A DNA stretch of 64,000 bases. It comes from a virus. Lineage: Duplodnaviria > Caudoviricetes. Below the pieces are notes generated by a model. The model was given only the letters and a program-made list of their open reading frames with translations, had not been told where the DNA came from and did not search any database. Both the position numbers and the translations under genes were made by a program. Positions 45,223 through 53,895 of the stretch are shown here, piece after piece (within the stretch, counting starts at the first letter, position 1; every line of letters starts with the position of its first letter). The stretch covers positions 1,269 to 65,268 of the IMG/VR virus record IMGVR_UViG_3300028400_000006; one strand, written 5' to 3'.

Positions 45223-45476
45223 GAGGTATTCCCATCGTCACTCGCATCGCCCTCACTTTCAACTGGCGCCGCCGGCGTAGCTTTTTCCTGCGCCTTACCG
45301 ATCCGTTCATACAGCGCGTTGTATTTTTCAACAAGCGCCTTCAGTTCTTCACGTTTAGCGTCTTCGATAGCTGCGGCCGCCGCCGATACCGCCTCCAGAA
45401 ACTCCTTAGCTTCCGGATGCTGTTCGGCTAATTCCTCCACAGCCTTCACTTTATCCACAGCAAGTTCGTACGTCAT
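45210..45476 (-). CDS. Small coiled-coil protein
   Basis: Start coupled to the upstream stop. Confidence 0.6.
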   Translation of the reverse strand: MTYELAVDKVKAVEELAEQHPEAKEFLEAVSAAAAAIEDAKREELKALVEKYNALYERIGKAQEKATPAAPVESEGDASDDGNTSSQS

Positions 45477-47689
45477 CAGAAGTTCCTCAGCCCAAATGCC
45501 GTAAAGCTGGCGTTGTACGTTACGTTATAAGTGGTGTTTGGCTCGCCGAAAGCAACCAACCCTTGCACCCAAGCGTTATTAAGCGTCAAAGCGACACGAG
45601 TGCCGCTTGCGAAGGAACTACCACGAAGTGCAGCCTGTGACGAAACACCATTAAGCGAAACCTCAACTATCGCATCCGAAGAAACTCTCACCCCCTGCGC
45701 ATAAGCCATGCCTGCACCGCCTGTGCAGACAAAAGACAAGTTTGCATGAGACGTGGCTTCAATATGATTAAAGCGGCAAGAAGTTTGGCCAGTCGGGAAA
45801 TTAAAACTTATGCGCGCGCTTCCATCTGCTCGAATATCATAAAGCCATCCAGCCGGATTGCCGTAAAGCTGCACATAGCTCTGTCCTGAAATTCTCCACC
45901 CACGGCAATGCAAGTTGTTAGACGCGCGTAAATACACATATGCACTTGTAGAAAGCTCAAAAAATTCAGCGCCAAAAGTAACACCCCAGCAATTAAGCAC
46001 TGCATTAGACGTGAATGTAGACCAACGAATATTTTCACCACTAGCGGCGTTACCCCCTACATAAAGGTAAGCCCCGCTAGAAATCTCTACATCATAAAAA
46101 TAATGTGTGGCGCCATCTTGCCCAGCCAAGTAACAACGCCCACCAGACATCTGAAGATTATAAGCCTGCGTGCGAATAGATGTCGGTAGGGCATAATAGC
46201 TCGCACCGTCAGACAGAAACACGTTATAAAAATACCACGGCTCCATATAATCCCACGGGTTCGGCAAAACCGGATCGTGCACACCCACCTGAAAATAACT
46301 ACCGCTGGTGACACGGAGGTTATTTATCTGCACACCATCCAACATTTGAAAGCCGGCATACGGATTACCCATGCCAATCTGCACGAGCGATCGGTCAGAT
46401 GCAGTTAGCGCGTCAACTGAATTAACACCCCGCAGCATAATCTGAGCGCCAGTCGTAGCTGAAACATTACGCACATACCAATAGTACTGGGCGTACCCAT
46501 GCTCCGCTCGGATGCTCCCAAAGCTATCCGCGTGTAGATGTGCAAAATTCGCCCCATAACGCCCGGGGTGGGCTGTGTTTATGTCGATAGAACCGAAATC
46601 TGTAGCCGTCGAGGAGCTGATATAGCCAGGGCGTGCCAGACCAATATAACCAGCAGGAAACACGTGCCGAACCGTTATCGACCCATTAGAAGCGGCAGTG
46701 CACCGCAAAAGCGACGTGCCATTCTGCGCATTCAAGCGGCCATACGAAGTAACTTCACACCCGCTAACCAAAGAACCATCCATGGCATAAACGCTGCCCT
46801 TATCGACTCGGGTATCGACCAGCATGGATTTCTCGCCGACCGTAATAGTCCCCTGCCAAATGTTGCAACCCCAAACAGTGCACGTAGGCGCAAGGTTTAG
46901 GTTTGAATGCGCAATTCGGTTATTGAGGTGCGCCGAGTTCAAAAAGTCCCACTGCGCAATCGTGTTCGTCCCCTCAATAATGTTGTTACGCTCAGTGTCA
47001 TGCAGGTAGATAATTCGGCAAAGCTGTCTAGCGTCCATACGTACCGGCCAGAGCCCACGGCGCGTCACGCCAGGCCAATAGAACAAACCATTCGTCGAAA
47101 CATTGTCGGGACGCAACGCGATCAAATACACTCGCTGGTCCGTATGCAATACAGGAGACGTATTAGAAACTTCATACCAGCGGCCCGGCAAAAGCGAGCC
47201 ACTATTCATTAGTTTCACCAACTCTTCACACGTAACCGGTATCGGATCGACAGGAGTAGGAGGAGGCGTACTATCCGACCCACAAGCAGGACGAATAATA
47301 TGCACCGGTAGAACGCTATCGTCCAGTGTCCCTTCCTGGTCTTCTACCCAAACAAGCGAATTGGTGCCGGCCAAGTCATCCGGGTCAATACGATACCAAC
47401 CAGGATTCGTAACAAGAACCTGCGTGATCGGCTGCGACCCCGTCGGCGGCGTCAGTAAAAGTTCCTGCCCATTCAGGCGCCAATCTACCCACTTGGCGTT
47501 GAAGTCGCCAGGGTTATCGCCAACCAACACCTGGATATTGGTTTCGACTCCATCCATGAATGCTGTAACGCGAACCGCCGCCTTCTTAACTTCAAAGACG
47601 GAGCTTTGTTCCCGATACGGATCGGGATGAAACAACCATTTACCACGCCGGACACCTTGGATACTCACGGTCGGTAATCCCTCTGGCAA
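45476..47689 (-). CDS. Spike/receptor-binding protein with beta-helix-like C-terminus
   Basis: Periodic S/G/N-aromatic beta-solenoid pattern; N-terminal domain shared with three small ORFs. Confidence 0.65.
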   Translation of the reverse strand: MPEGLPTVSIQGVRRGKWLFHPDPYREQSSVFEVKKAAVRVTAFMDGVETNIQVLVGDNPGDFNAKWVDWRLNGQELLLTPPTGSQPITQVLVTNPGWYRIDPDDLAGTNSLVWVEDQEGTLDDSVLPVHIIRPACGSDSTPPPTPVDPIPVTCEELVKLMNSGSLLPGRWYEVSNTSPVLHTDQRVYLIALRPDNVSTNGLFYWPGVTRRGLWPVRMDARQLCRIIYLHDTERNNIIEGTNTIAQWDFLNSAHLNNRIAHSNLNLAPTCTVWGCNIWQGTITVGEKSMLVDTRVDKGSVYAMDGSLVSGCEVTSYGRLNAQNGTSLLRCTAASNGSITVRHVFPAGYIGLARPGYISSSTATDFGSIDINTAHPGRYGANFAHLHADSFGSIRAEHGYAQYYWYVRNVSATTGAQIMLRGVNSVDALTASDRSLVQIGMGNPYAGFQMLDGVQINNLRVTSGSYFQVGVHDPVLPNPWDYMEPWYFYNVFLSDGASYYALPTSIRTQAYNLQMSGGRCYLAGQDGATHYFYDVEISSGAYLYVGGNAASGENIRWSTFTSNAVLNCWGVTFGAEFFELSTSAYVYLRASNNLHCRGWRISGQSYVQLYGNPAGWLYDIRADGSARISFNFPTGQTSCRFNHIEATSHANLSFVCTGGAGMAYAQGVRVSSDAIVEVSLNGVSSQAALRGSSFASGTRVALTLNNAWVQGLVAFGEPNTTYNVTYNASFTAFGLRNF

Positions 47690-48066
47690 GAAAGCCCAGA
47701 CGACTCAACAAGGATCATCGCCTTGCTATCGTTGCTAGCCTCGTCGTGGACAGCAATGATACGAATGTTCGGCAGTTCCGCCGGGTCAGCAGCGCTCATA
47801 TCCAGCCGATAATAACCAGGCACAAGCTCCAAATAATGATTGTGTATGTTAGTCAACTGCACGAAGTTACCTTGTCGCGCTAGGGGTACCCACTCATAGT
47901 CGACTCCTTGCGTGCCGACAGGTGCCGGCCCAACCAAGACATCTATGCCGATAACTGACATGCCCAACCCATAAGCAAGGACGCGTTTAGGTGTACGACG
48001 CACCTCAAAAATTGGATGCGCCGCTGGGTCGGCCTGGTCATATAACACATCGACCTGACGCATCAA
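47665..48066 (-). CDS. Virion protein (four-copy domain family)
   Basis: PIFEV...VLAYGL...VLVG...VQLT..HN...VPGYYRL. Confidence 0.65.
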   Translation of the reverse strand: MMRQVDVLYDQADPAAHPIFEVRRTPKRVLAYGLGMSVIGIDVLVGPAPVGTQGVDYEWVPLARQGNFVQLTNIHNHYLELVPGYYRLDMSAADPAELPNIRIIAVHDEASNDSKAMILVESSGLSCQRDYRP

Positions 48067-48305
48067 ACCGTCTTCGCTGCGTAGTTGGACACAAAAGCAT
48101 CGATGGCAGACTGAAGGGCTTCCGTCGAGAGAGGATCCGACACGCCGTTCGGAAACAACGCATCATCTGTATATTCATCGACCGGCACAAGGTAGAACTG
48201 CGTCCCCTCAGGAAGAATACGCCGTGCCTCCTGCTCCGGATCGACACCGGTCGCCACCGAAGTCACAACCCAACCATCTTCCGGGTCTTTATGAAAAATC
48301 AGCAT
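48063..48305 (-). CDS. Putative fibre assembly chaperone
   Basis: Small acidic ORF after the fibre gene; LPEGTQFYLV; GAGGAG RBS. Confidence 0.5.
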   Translation of the reverse strand: MLIFHKDPEDGWVVTSVATGVDPEQEARRILPEGTQFYLVPVDEYTDDALFPNGVSDPLSTEALQSAIDAFVSNYAAKTV

Positions 48306-48315
48306 GACCGTCTCC

Positions 48316-50589
48316 TCAGATGACCGCATCATAAATTGCCGCCACAAGATAACTGATATGCCCCATCGTCGATCCACTCCATATGGACGACACAGGCCCG
48401 CTAAAAACATCTACATAAGAAATAGGAGCAAGCGACGGATACGACGACACACTCACATTCGGCCCACGGAAGCGGATAGACGAGCTAACACCTTCGTCTT
48501 CAAGCGGGGCAGGGTTGTTAAACACCGTCCCCACAGAAATCAACGCAACACCATGCCCAAGCACAGTACTATGTGGCTGGGCGTTTCCAAGTTTTACGGC
48601 CTGTATGGGGCTGGTCAGGTTCAAGCGTAGTCTACCACTAGACACGCTAACCGAAAGCGAGCTCACGTTCGTTTGACGCGCAATTACATAATTCACCGCA
48701 ATCGTATTGCGACGGTAAGCAACAATCTCAGCCGTCGGAGCCCCAGTAAACGGCAGTGGCCCACCAGACGTCGCAGACAGGGTACACAGTGCAGTCTGGA
48801 GATCAGTGTTCGTATTGATCGGTCCAGACGGACAGGCGGTGACGGTCACATTCGAAGCAGGAATATGAGTCACATAATCACTCAGCGTGCAAAAGGCCGT
48901 CTGAGCATCCGTATCTGCGTTAATCGGCCCAGCCGGGCAGGCGTTGACCTGCACGTTCCCCGCCGGGATACCGCCACCACCAAACGAGCCCAACAAGAAT
49001 AGATCAGAACTAGCGCCGCTCTCGCAACGGATATACACATCACCGGTGTTGCAGCACATCACTACTTTCGGCGTAAACGGCGCCAATGTCGAGGTGGTGC
49101 CATTGTAATGCATCAGCTGTGGCGGCGTTACCGACGTATCCAACCAATACTGATGTGCTTGCAAACCAGCGGCCAACGCATCAGCTTCAGAAGCGGCGCA
49201 AAAAACAGTCATCACCATATGCGCCAGCTCCGGCCCCACAGCCATAGCGCCAACCATCTGGCCATTACACTGCACATACACATCGAAACTATTGCAGCAC
49301 ACAAAGATATCCGGCAGAGGGCTGACGCCGGTCAAATTAGTCCCGTCCCACTGAAACAGCATCGGCGGGTTAGTGCCGGTATTCAGCCAATAGTCACCAG
49401 CCCCCAGCCCTTGCGCCAACGCGTCATCGAAACAATCAGCGCAAATGCCCTGCAGCACCTCTTCCGGCCCAGGCCCCCCACCACCAGAAGGCGGCGCAGC
49501 CGGCACCCACTGACCAGACTGGTACGTCAACACATCACCATTACTGGCGCCGGCGGTATTCACGTCGGCCAGATCACCAAGATCAATGGCGCCGGCAATG
49601 GTGGCAATAGCTGTGGCGTCAGCTGCAATCATCGTAGCCAGCTGCTGAATGGCCACAGGCGTCAGCGAACCCGGATCAAACTGCACCATAATGGTGTTGC
49701 CAGAAATAGACACCGACACACCATTGGCGCCATCAATCGACCGAAATTCGTGAAACCCAGAACCGGAATTATAACCCGCATAAACCGCCTGCCCAGTACC
49801 GATGTTGGTCATGGAGCCAGCAACGGCGGCGGCCAATTCGTCAATGGCGGCCTGCATATTCGTAGACGACAGGCCAGACGTAGAATTGTCGTAATTGGGG
49901 ACGATGTTAGCGACGTTGATATTCACAGGCGGTAGCGAGCCCGTATTGTACGTCAGGGTCAGCGTTGTACCGCCACCCGTAATAGAGCCACCATTCACAA
50001 AACTATCGTTGGTCAGTGCCGACAGCGGCACCGGTGCCCAGGCGCTGCCATTCCACACCAGGGCATCATTCACGTTCGGCACGCTGTTGGAGACATCCGA
50101 CAGCAGGCTAATCGTCGCAGCACCAAACAGCGTCGCCAACGCCGTGGTGTCGCCAGCGATCTCTGCGGCCCCACCCTGCGGATTGAAGCCAACCGCATAA
50201 TTGCTGCCGGAAGGCGTCACATCAATAGCCGCATCGGCACTAGATACCGTAGTTGCACCAACAATAGTGCCCACCGCAGCCGCAAGGTCCTGAATCGTCG
50301 CAACATAATATGTGCCGCTATCCGGGTTGCCGGGCGTACCACCACGATTGATGGTGATAAAATCGGTCGGCTGCAGCGGCGTACTGGCCAACGCACCAAT
50401 CATCCAATCAATAGGCGCTCGCGTAATCGACCAAGCTCCGCCGGACCACAACCACAAATGCCCAGTCGTAACATCACGATAAAGCGGAAGATGCGTTGTC
50501 GGATCAGGCGGCGTAACCGGCTGGCCGGCGCCGGTGAGGATAGGAAGGGCCGAAGCAGAACCAGACCCAGAACCGCAGCAGCAAGCCAT
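48316..50589 (-). CDS. Cys-rich fibre protein (757 aa)
   Basis: L.DV......D.L.W....W.P repeats, TNMQAAIDEL trimer motif, duplicated modules. Confidence 0.75.
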   Translation of the reverse strand: MACCCGSGSGSASALPILTGAGQPVTPPDPTTHLPLYRDVTTGHLWLWSGGAWSITRAPIDWMIGALASTPLQPTDFITINRGGTPGNPDSGTYYVATIQDLAAAVGTIVGATTVSSADAAIDVTPSGSNYAVGFNPQGGAAEIAGDTTALATLFGAATISLLSDVSNSVPNVNDALVWNGSAWAPVPLSALTNDSFVNGGSITGGGTTLTLTYNTGSLPPVNINVANIVPNYDNSTSGLSSTNMQAAIDELAAAVAGSMTNIGTGQAVYAGYNSGSGFHEFRSIDGANGVSVSISGNTIMVQFDPGSLTPVAIQQLATMIAADATAIATIAGAIDLGDLADVNTAGASNGDVLTYQSGQWVPAAPPSGGGGPGPEEVLQGICADCFDDALAQGLGAGDYWLNTGTNPPMLFQWDGTNLTGVSPLPDIFVCCNSFDVYVQCNGQMVGAMAVGPELAHMVMTVFCAASEADALAAGLQAHQYWLDTSVTPPQLMHYNGTTSTLAPFTPKVVMCCNTGDVYIRCESGASSDLFLLGSFGGGGIPAGNVQVNACPAGPINADTDAQTAFCTLSDYVTHIPASNVTVTACPSGPINTNTDLQTALCTLSATSGGPLPFTGAPTAEIVAYRRNTIAVNYVIARQTNVSSLSVSVSSGRLRLNLTSPIQAVKLGNAQPHSTVLGHGVALISVGTVFNNPAPLEDEGVSSSIRFRGPNVSVSSYPSLAPISYVDVFSGPVSSIWSGSTMGHISYLVAAIYDAVI

Positions 50590-50601
50590 CTTTCATCCTC
50601 C

Positions 50602-51039
50602 TCACTTGGTGCAGCAACTTTGCGCCATTAGCAAATGGCTGTAGTCCGCCGGAATGGCCGTCGGATACGCCACGATTACCAGATTAGGCTTAGTTGTATC
50701 AGAAACACTTACCAAGTTCAACCTGTAGCGCCCCGCAACAGGTATCACAATACAGTTCTGGCAAGCGCACATATGCACCGCCCCACAATTACCGGGCGGG
50801 TTAAATTCTGCAAAATGCGTGCCGTCGTTCGGGCCATAAACCATTTCGACGCAAATAAAGTCGTTATCCTGCAAACCATAAGCCTGCACGACCATAGGAA
50901 GGTGATCTACAACGAAAATAGGAGTTGTTGTGGGTGTCGGATCTTTCCCCCCATGAAAAAGCTGATATGCGCCACCGCGCGACAGCTCTACATTAGTAGC
51001 GTGGTGGGGTGTGATCGCGCCATTCGGTTGAAGGGTCAT
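50602..51039 (-). CDS. Virion protein (four-copy domain family)
   Basis: PIFVV...VQAYGL...VEMVYG...[10 protein letters not shown]. Confidence 0.65.
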   Translation of the reverse strand: MTLQPNGAITPHHATNVELSRGGAYQLFHGGKDPTPTTTPIFVVDHLPMVVQAYGLQDNDFICVEMVYGPNDGTHFAEFNPPGNCGAVHMCACQNCIVIPVAGRYRLNLVSVSDTTKPNLVIVAYPTAIPADYSHLLMAQSCCTK

Positions 51040-51440
51040 CCTGCTGCTCCCACTCCAATAAGATATTCAAACGGAACAGGCACCGCATACACCGCAAACC
51101 CACCAAGCGGCGTATTCCCCTGTATTTTACGTAGTTGATACCTCATCGGCCACGGCAGCACAACCACATTATGCTGCCCGGTAAGCTGCAGCTTTTGGCC
51201 GTTAATAGTGATAGGTGCGGCATAAGACGCCGAATCGGTGCCAGCAACCATCTCGATGTCGAAGACATCCGACGCCGAAAGATTGAACCCCTGCAACAGC
51301 AAGGCATGTGCATTGGCCTCAACCACATGCGAAAGCGGGTCAGTACTGTCTGGGCCGAACAAAAGTCTGTACTGCGGCTTCTCTTGCTCAGACGCAGCAC
51401 TTACCGGGAATCCCGTCCTGATCTGACCGAAGCAGTCCAT
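51036..51440 (-). CDS. Virion protein (four-copy domain family)
   Basis: LQGFNL...IEMVAG...[24 protein letters not shown]. Confidence 0.65.
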   Translation of the reverse strand: MDCFGQIRTGFPVSAASEQEKPQYRLLFGPDSTDPLSHVVEANAHALLLQGFNLSASDVFDIEMVAGTDSASYAAPITINGQKLQLTGQHNVVVLPWPMRYQLRKIQGNTPLGGFAVYAVPVPFEYLIGVGAAG

Positions 51441-51724
51441 CAGGTATTTGCCCTCAGTTCCTCGATCATGGCTGTGCACAGGCGCTTCGCCAAAGCCCAG
51501 CGAATGTCGTCCTTCTCCGGCAGCACGACAATCGGGTCATGCCAATAAAGCGTACGGAACTTAGAATCAACGCGCACGCCACGTTCGTCATACACATGCA
51601 TACCAGTGGCAAAACGTACACGAAAGCGCCCTTCAACTTTCAACTCGACCACCTCGCCAGGGCCGAACATAACATCGTAAACCTTATCCCCGAGGGCGAT
51701 TTCGTCGTTATCAAGCCTGTGCAT
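51440..51724 (-). CDS. Hypothetical protein (SH3-like pattern)
   Basis: GDKVYD..FG.GEV; RTLYWHDP. Confidence 0.65.
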   Translation of the reverse strand: MHRLDNDEIALGDKVYDVMFGPGEVVELKVEGRFRVRFATGMHVYDERGVRVDSKFRTLYWHDPIVVLPEKDDIRWALAKRLCTAMIEELRANT

Positions 51725-51759
51725 GGAACCAACTCCCTTTTCCACAGATTATCATACCA

Positions 51760-53895
51760 TCATCCAGGCGGCAACTTCTCCGTGCTGCCAGGTTCTGGAG
51801 GTAGAGCTTGACGTTGGTCAAGCGTGGGAGCCGGCGGCGCTCCGGCGAGTCCCTGACCAACCAATGCCTGCAACTCCGGTGGCAGCGCTGTAGGGCTGAC
51901 CTGCGATGCCTGCACCGGAGCCACCTGGGGTTGCGCTGCCTGCAGGAAACGCTGAATGTCTTCTTGGCGCCCCGGGTCGGGCAGGCGTAATTCATCAGGC
52001 GAAAACCCGAGGTTACGCACCACCTCCCGAATAAGCACTTGAATAACATCAACCGGCACCGCGCCAATTTGCACGTACGGGGTAAGCAGCTGCAACAGCT
52101 CAACCGCTCGCGCTTGTTGTATCTCACGCTGAAGCAACCCACTAGCTCCACGCGCCTTGACGATAGCATCAGCCTTAGCGGCAGCGTCCGGGTCATACTT
52201 CATAAGAATGGCGTACGCCTGTCGCACAATAGGCTCAATAACGCGCTTGTCGATCTGACCAACCGCACGTTTGACGCCTTTAGCCGCATTGCCCATCAAC
52301 AGCGCCAAGCCGCCTAACGTCCGGCCGGCTCCCGCCACCTGCGGCGACCCAATAACGTAGGCCGGAATACCCGTCGCATCATCAGCCTCCCGAACAAACT
52401 GATCATAAACAGCCAGCAACTCACGAGCGTGACTGTCGATGGAATGGAACCGCAACGCTGGCTGTGCCGCCACCTGATTAAGGTAGGTGTCATTCTTGAT
52501 GGCATACATACGTCGAGGTTCAATCTGCTCAATGTCCTCCTCGTTCTCCAAGCGCGAAACGTCATACTCACCAATTGGCCCGGACGAATACGCCATGTTT
52601 TCTACCAGCGAGCGCAAACAAGCGTTGGCGCCACGCTGGATTTCCCGAAGGATGATCGGTACTGAAACGCCCCAAAACGATCCTGGTCGCGGCAGAAACG
52701 ACACCGTAAACAGCGGCCGCTGCAGGATGTTGTCCTCGTTCACGATCAGGCGAAGCACCCGGTCCGCCAGTACCCAACATTCCACCTCAACCACATGCTT
52801 CGCAGCAAGATGCTCGTAAAAAGCCCGGCGCCCAACAAAGAAGTCCCGCAATGCTTCTACCCGCACGCGACCGTAGTAGACAATCACTTCATACTTGCGA
52901 GATTCATCCGTCTCATCTGTTTGTGGTGCATCTGTCGCTGCTACTTCTTCGGAGTCTTGGGGGTCATTACGAAAAGAATACTCATACCCATGGGGATGTT
53001 CCGCTAGCACATCAGTGATTGCATCACGTTGCACGCCATACTGCTCGGCGTCATCTAACATCGCCAACGACATAAGCGCATCCGCCGTCAGCCACATACG
53101 CTCAATGACGTATGTGCCATCGTGAGGTGTAGTGCTATCCGGAGAAGGAAATACATCAAATGGAGATACTCGTTCAGTGCGCAGCACCGCTTTTTCGCCT
53201 GGGGCCAGCTGCTCGCCATTCCACACCAACACAGGTTTGTCATCACGAAATGGACCACGCACAAAGGCATTCGGGTAAATAGAAACGTCGTGGATCAATT
53301 GGCTAAATGTCTCTCGCCAACCACCTTCCCCCAATTGATCCTCCAGCTTACGCGACATGCGATCAACAGCTCGCCGCGCCGTCCGCTCCATCTCCGACAG
53401 CTGAAGCGATGCCATCTCCTTGGCCCGCTCTTCCAGCATATCAGGAGTAATCTGAAGACCTTGCTGCTGCGCCACTGTAAGTTCGACAAGCAGCTGTTGT
53501 TCAATCTGGGTTTGGAGGCTATCTGGCAAATCTGGCACTGGTGTAGGTTCAATCACCCACGGCTTATCTTCCGCATTGGCAAAAATATCTGCAAGCCACG
53601 ACATAAGTGCCATACATTTAGTGCGGGTAATAGAGGCAAAAATATCATTCTGCTCAGTTATACCGAGGCGCTGCTTGTCATAATCTGTATACTCACACTG
53701 GTAAGCCTTCAAACAATAGTCCAAGTCATATTCAACCCCAGTATTCTGTCGGTGCATTCTGGCAATACGATACGCCTCCTGCACCAGATCCGCCAACGTA
53801 TCCGGCTCCTGCCCACGCTCCGGCAAAGCTTCGTCGATGATGCGATCCGCATCATCGGCAGCATCACGCATTTGAGGTGTAATCACTCGCACCAT
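51760..53895 (-). CDS. Portal protein
   Basis: 711 aa directly after TerL; ITRTKC, PW.IEPTP.P, RVSPFDVFPSP, GSFWG, ADDATGIP. Confidence 0.85.
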   Translation of the reverse strand: MVRVITPQMRDAADDADRIIDEALPERGQEPDTLADLVQEAYRIARMHRQNTGVEYDLDYCLKAYQCEYTDYDKQRLGITEQNDIFASITRTKCMALMSWLADIFANAEDKPWVIEPTPVPDLPDSLQTQIEQQLLVELTVAQQQGLQITPDMLEERAKEMASLQLSEMERTARRAVDRMSRKLEDQLGEGGWRETFSQLIHDVSIYPNAFVRGPFRDDKPVLVWNGEQLAPGEKAVLRTERVSPFDVFPSPDSTTPHDGTYVIERMWLTADALMSLAMLDDAEQYGVQRDAITDVLAEHPHGYEYSFRNDPQDSEEVAATDAPQTDETDESRKYEVIVYYGRVRVEALRDFFVGRRAFYEHLAAKHVVEVECWVLADRVLRLIVNEDNILQRPLFTVSFLPRPGSFWGVSVPIILREIQRGANACLRSLVENMAYSSGPIGEYDVSRLENEEDIEQIEPRRMYAIKNDTYLNQVAAQPALRFHSIDSHARELLAVYDQFVREADDATGIPAYVIGSPQVAGAGRTLGGLALLMGNAAKGVKRAVGQIDKRVIEPIVRQAYAILMKYDPDAAAKADAIVKARGASGLLQREIQQARAVELLQLLTPYVQIGAVPVDVIQVLIREVVRNLGFSPDELRLPDPGRQEDIQRFLQAAQPQVAPVQASQVSPTALPPELQALVGQGLAGAPPAPTLDQRQALPPEPGSTEKLPPG

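Noticed and set aside
45476-50589. Diversity-generating retroelement acting on fibres
   Set aside because: No reverse transcriptase and no adenine-specific TR/VR pair noticed; duplications are old and diverged
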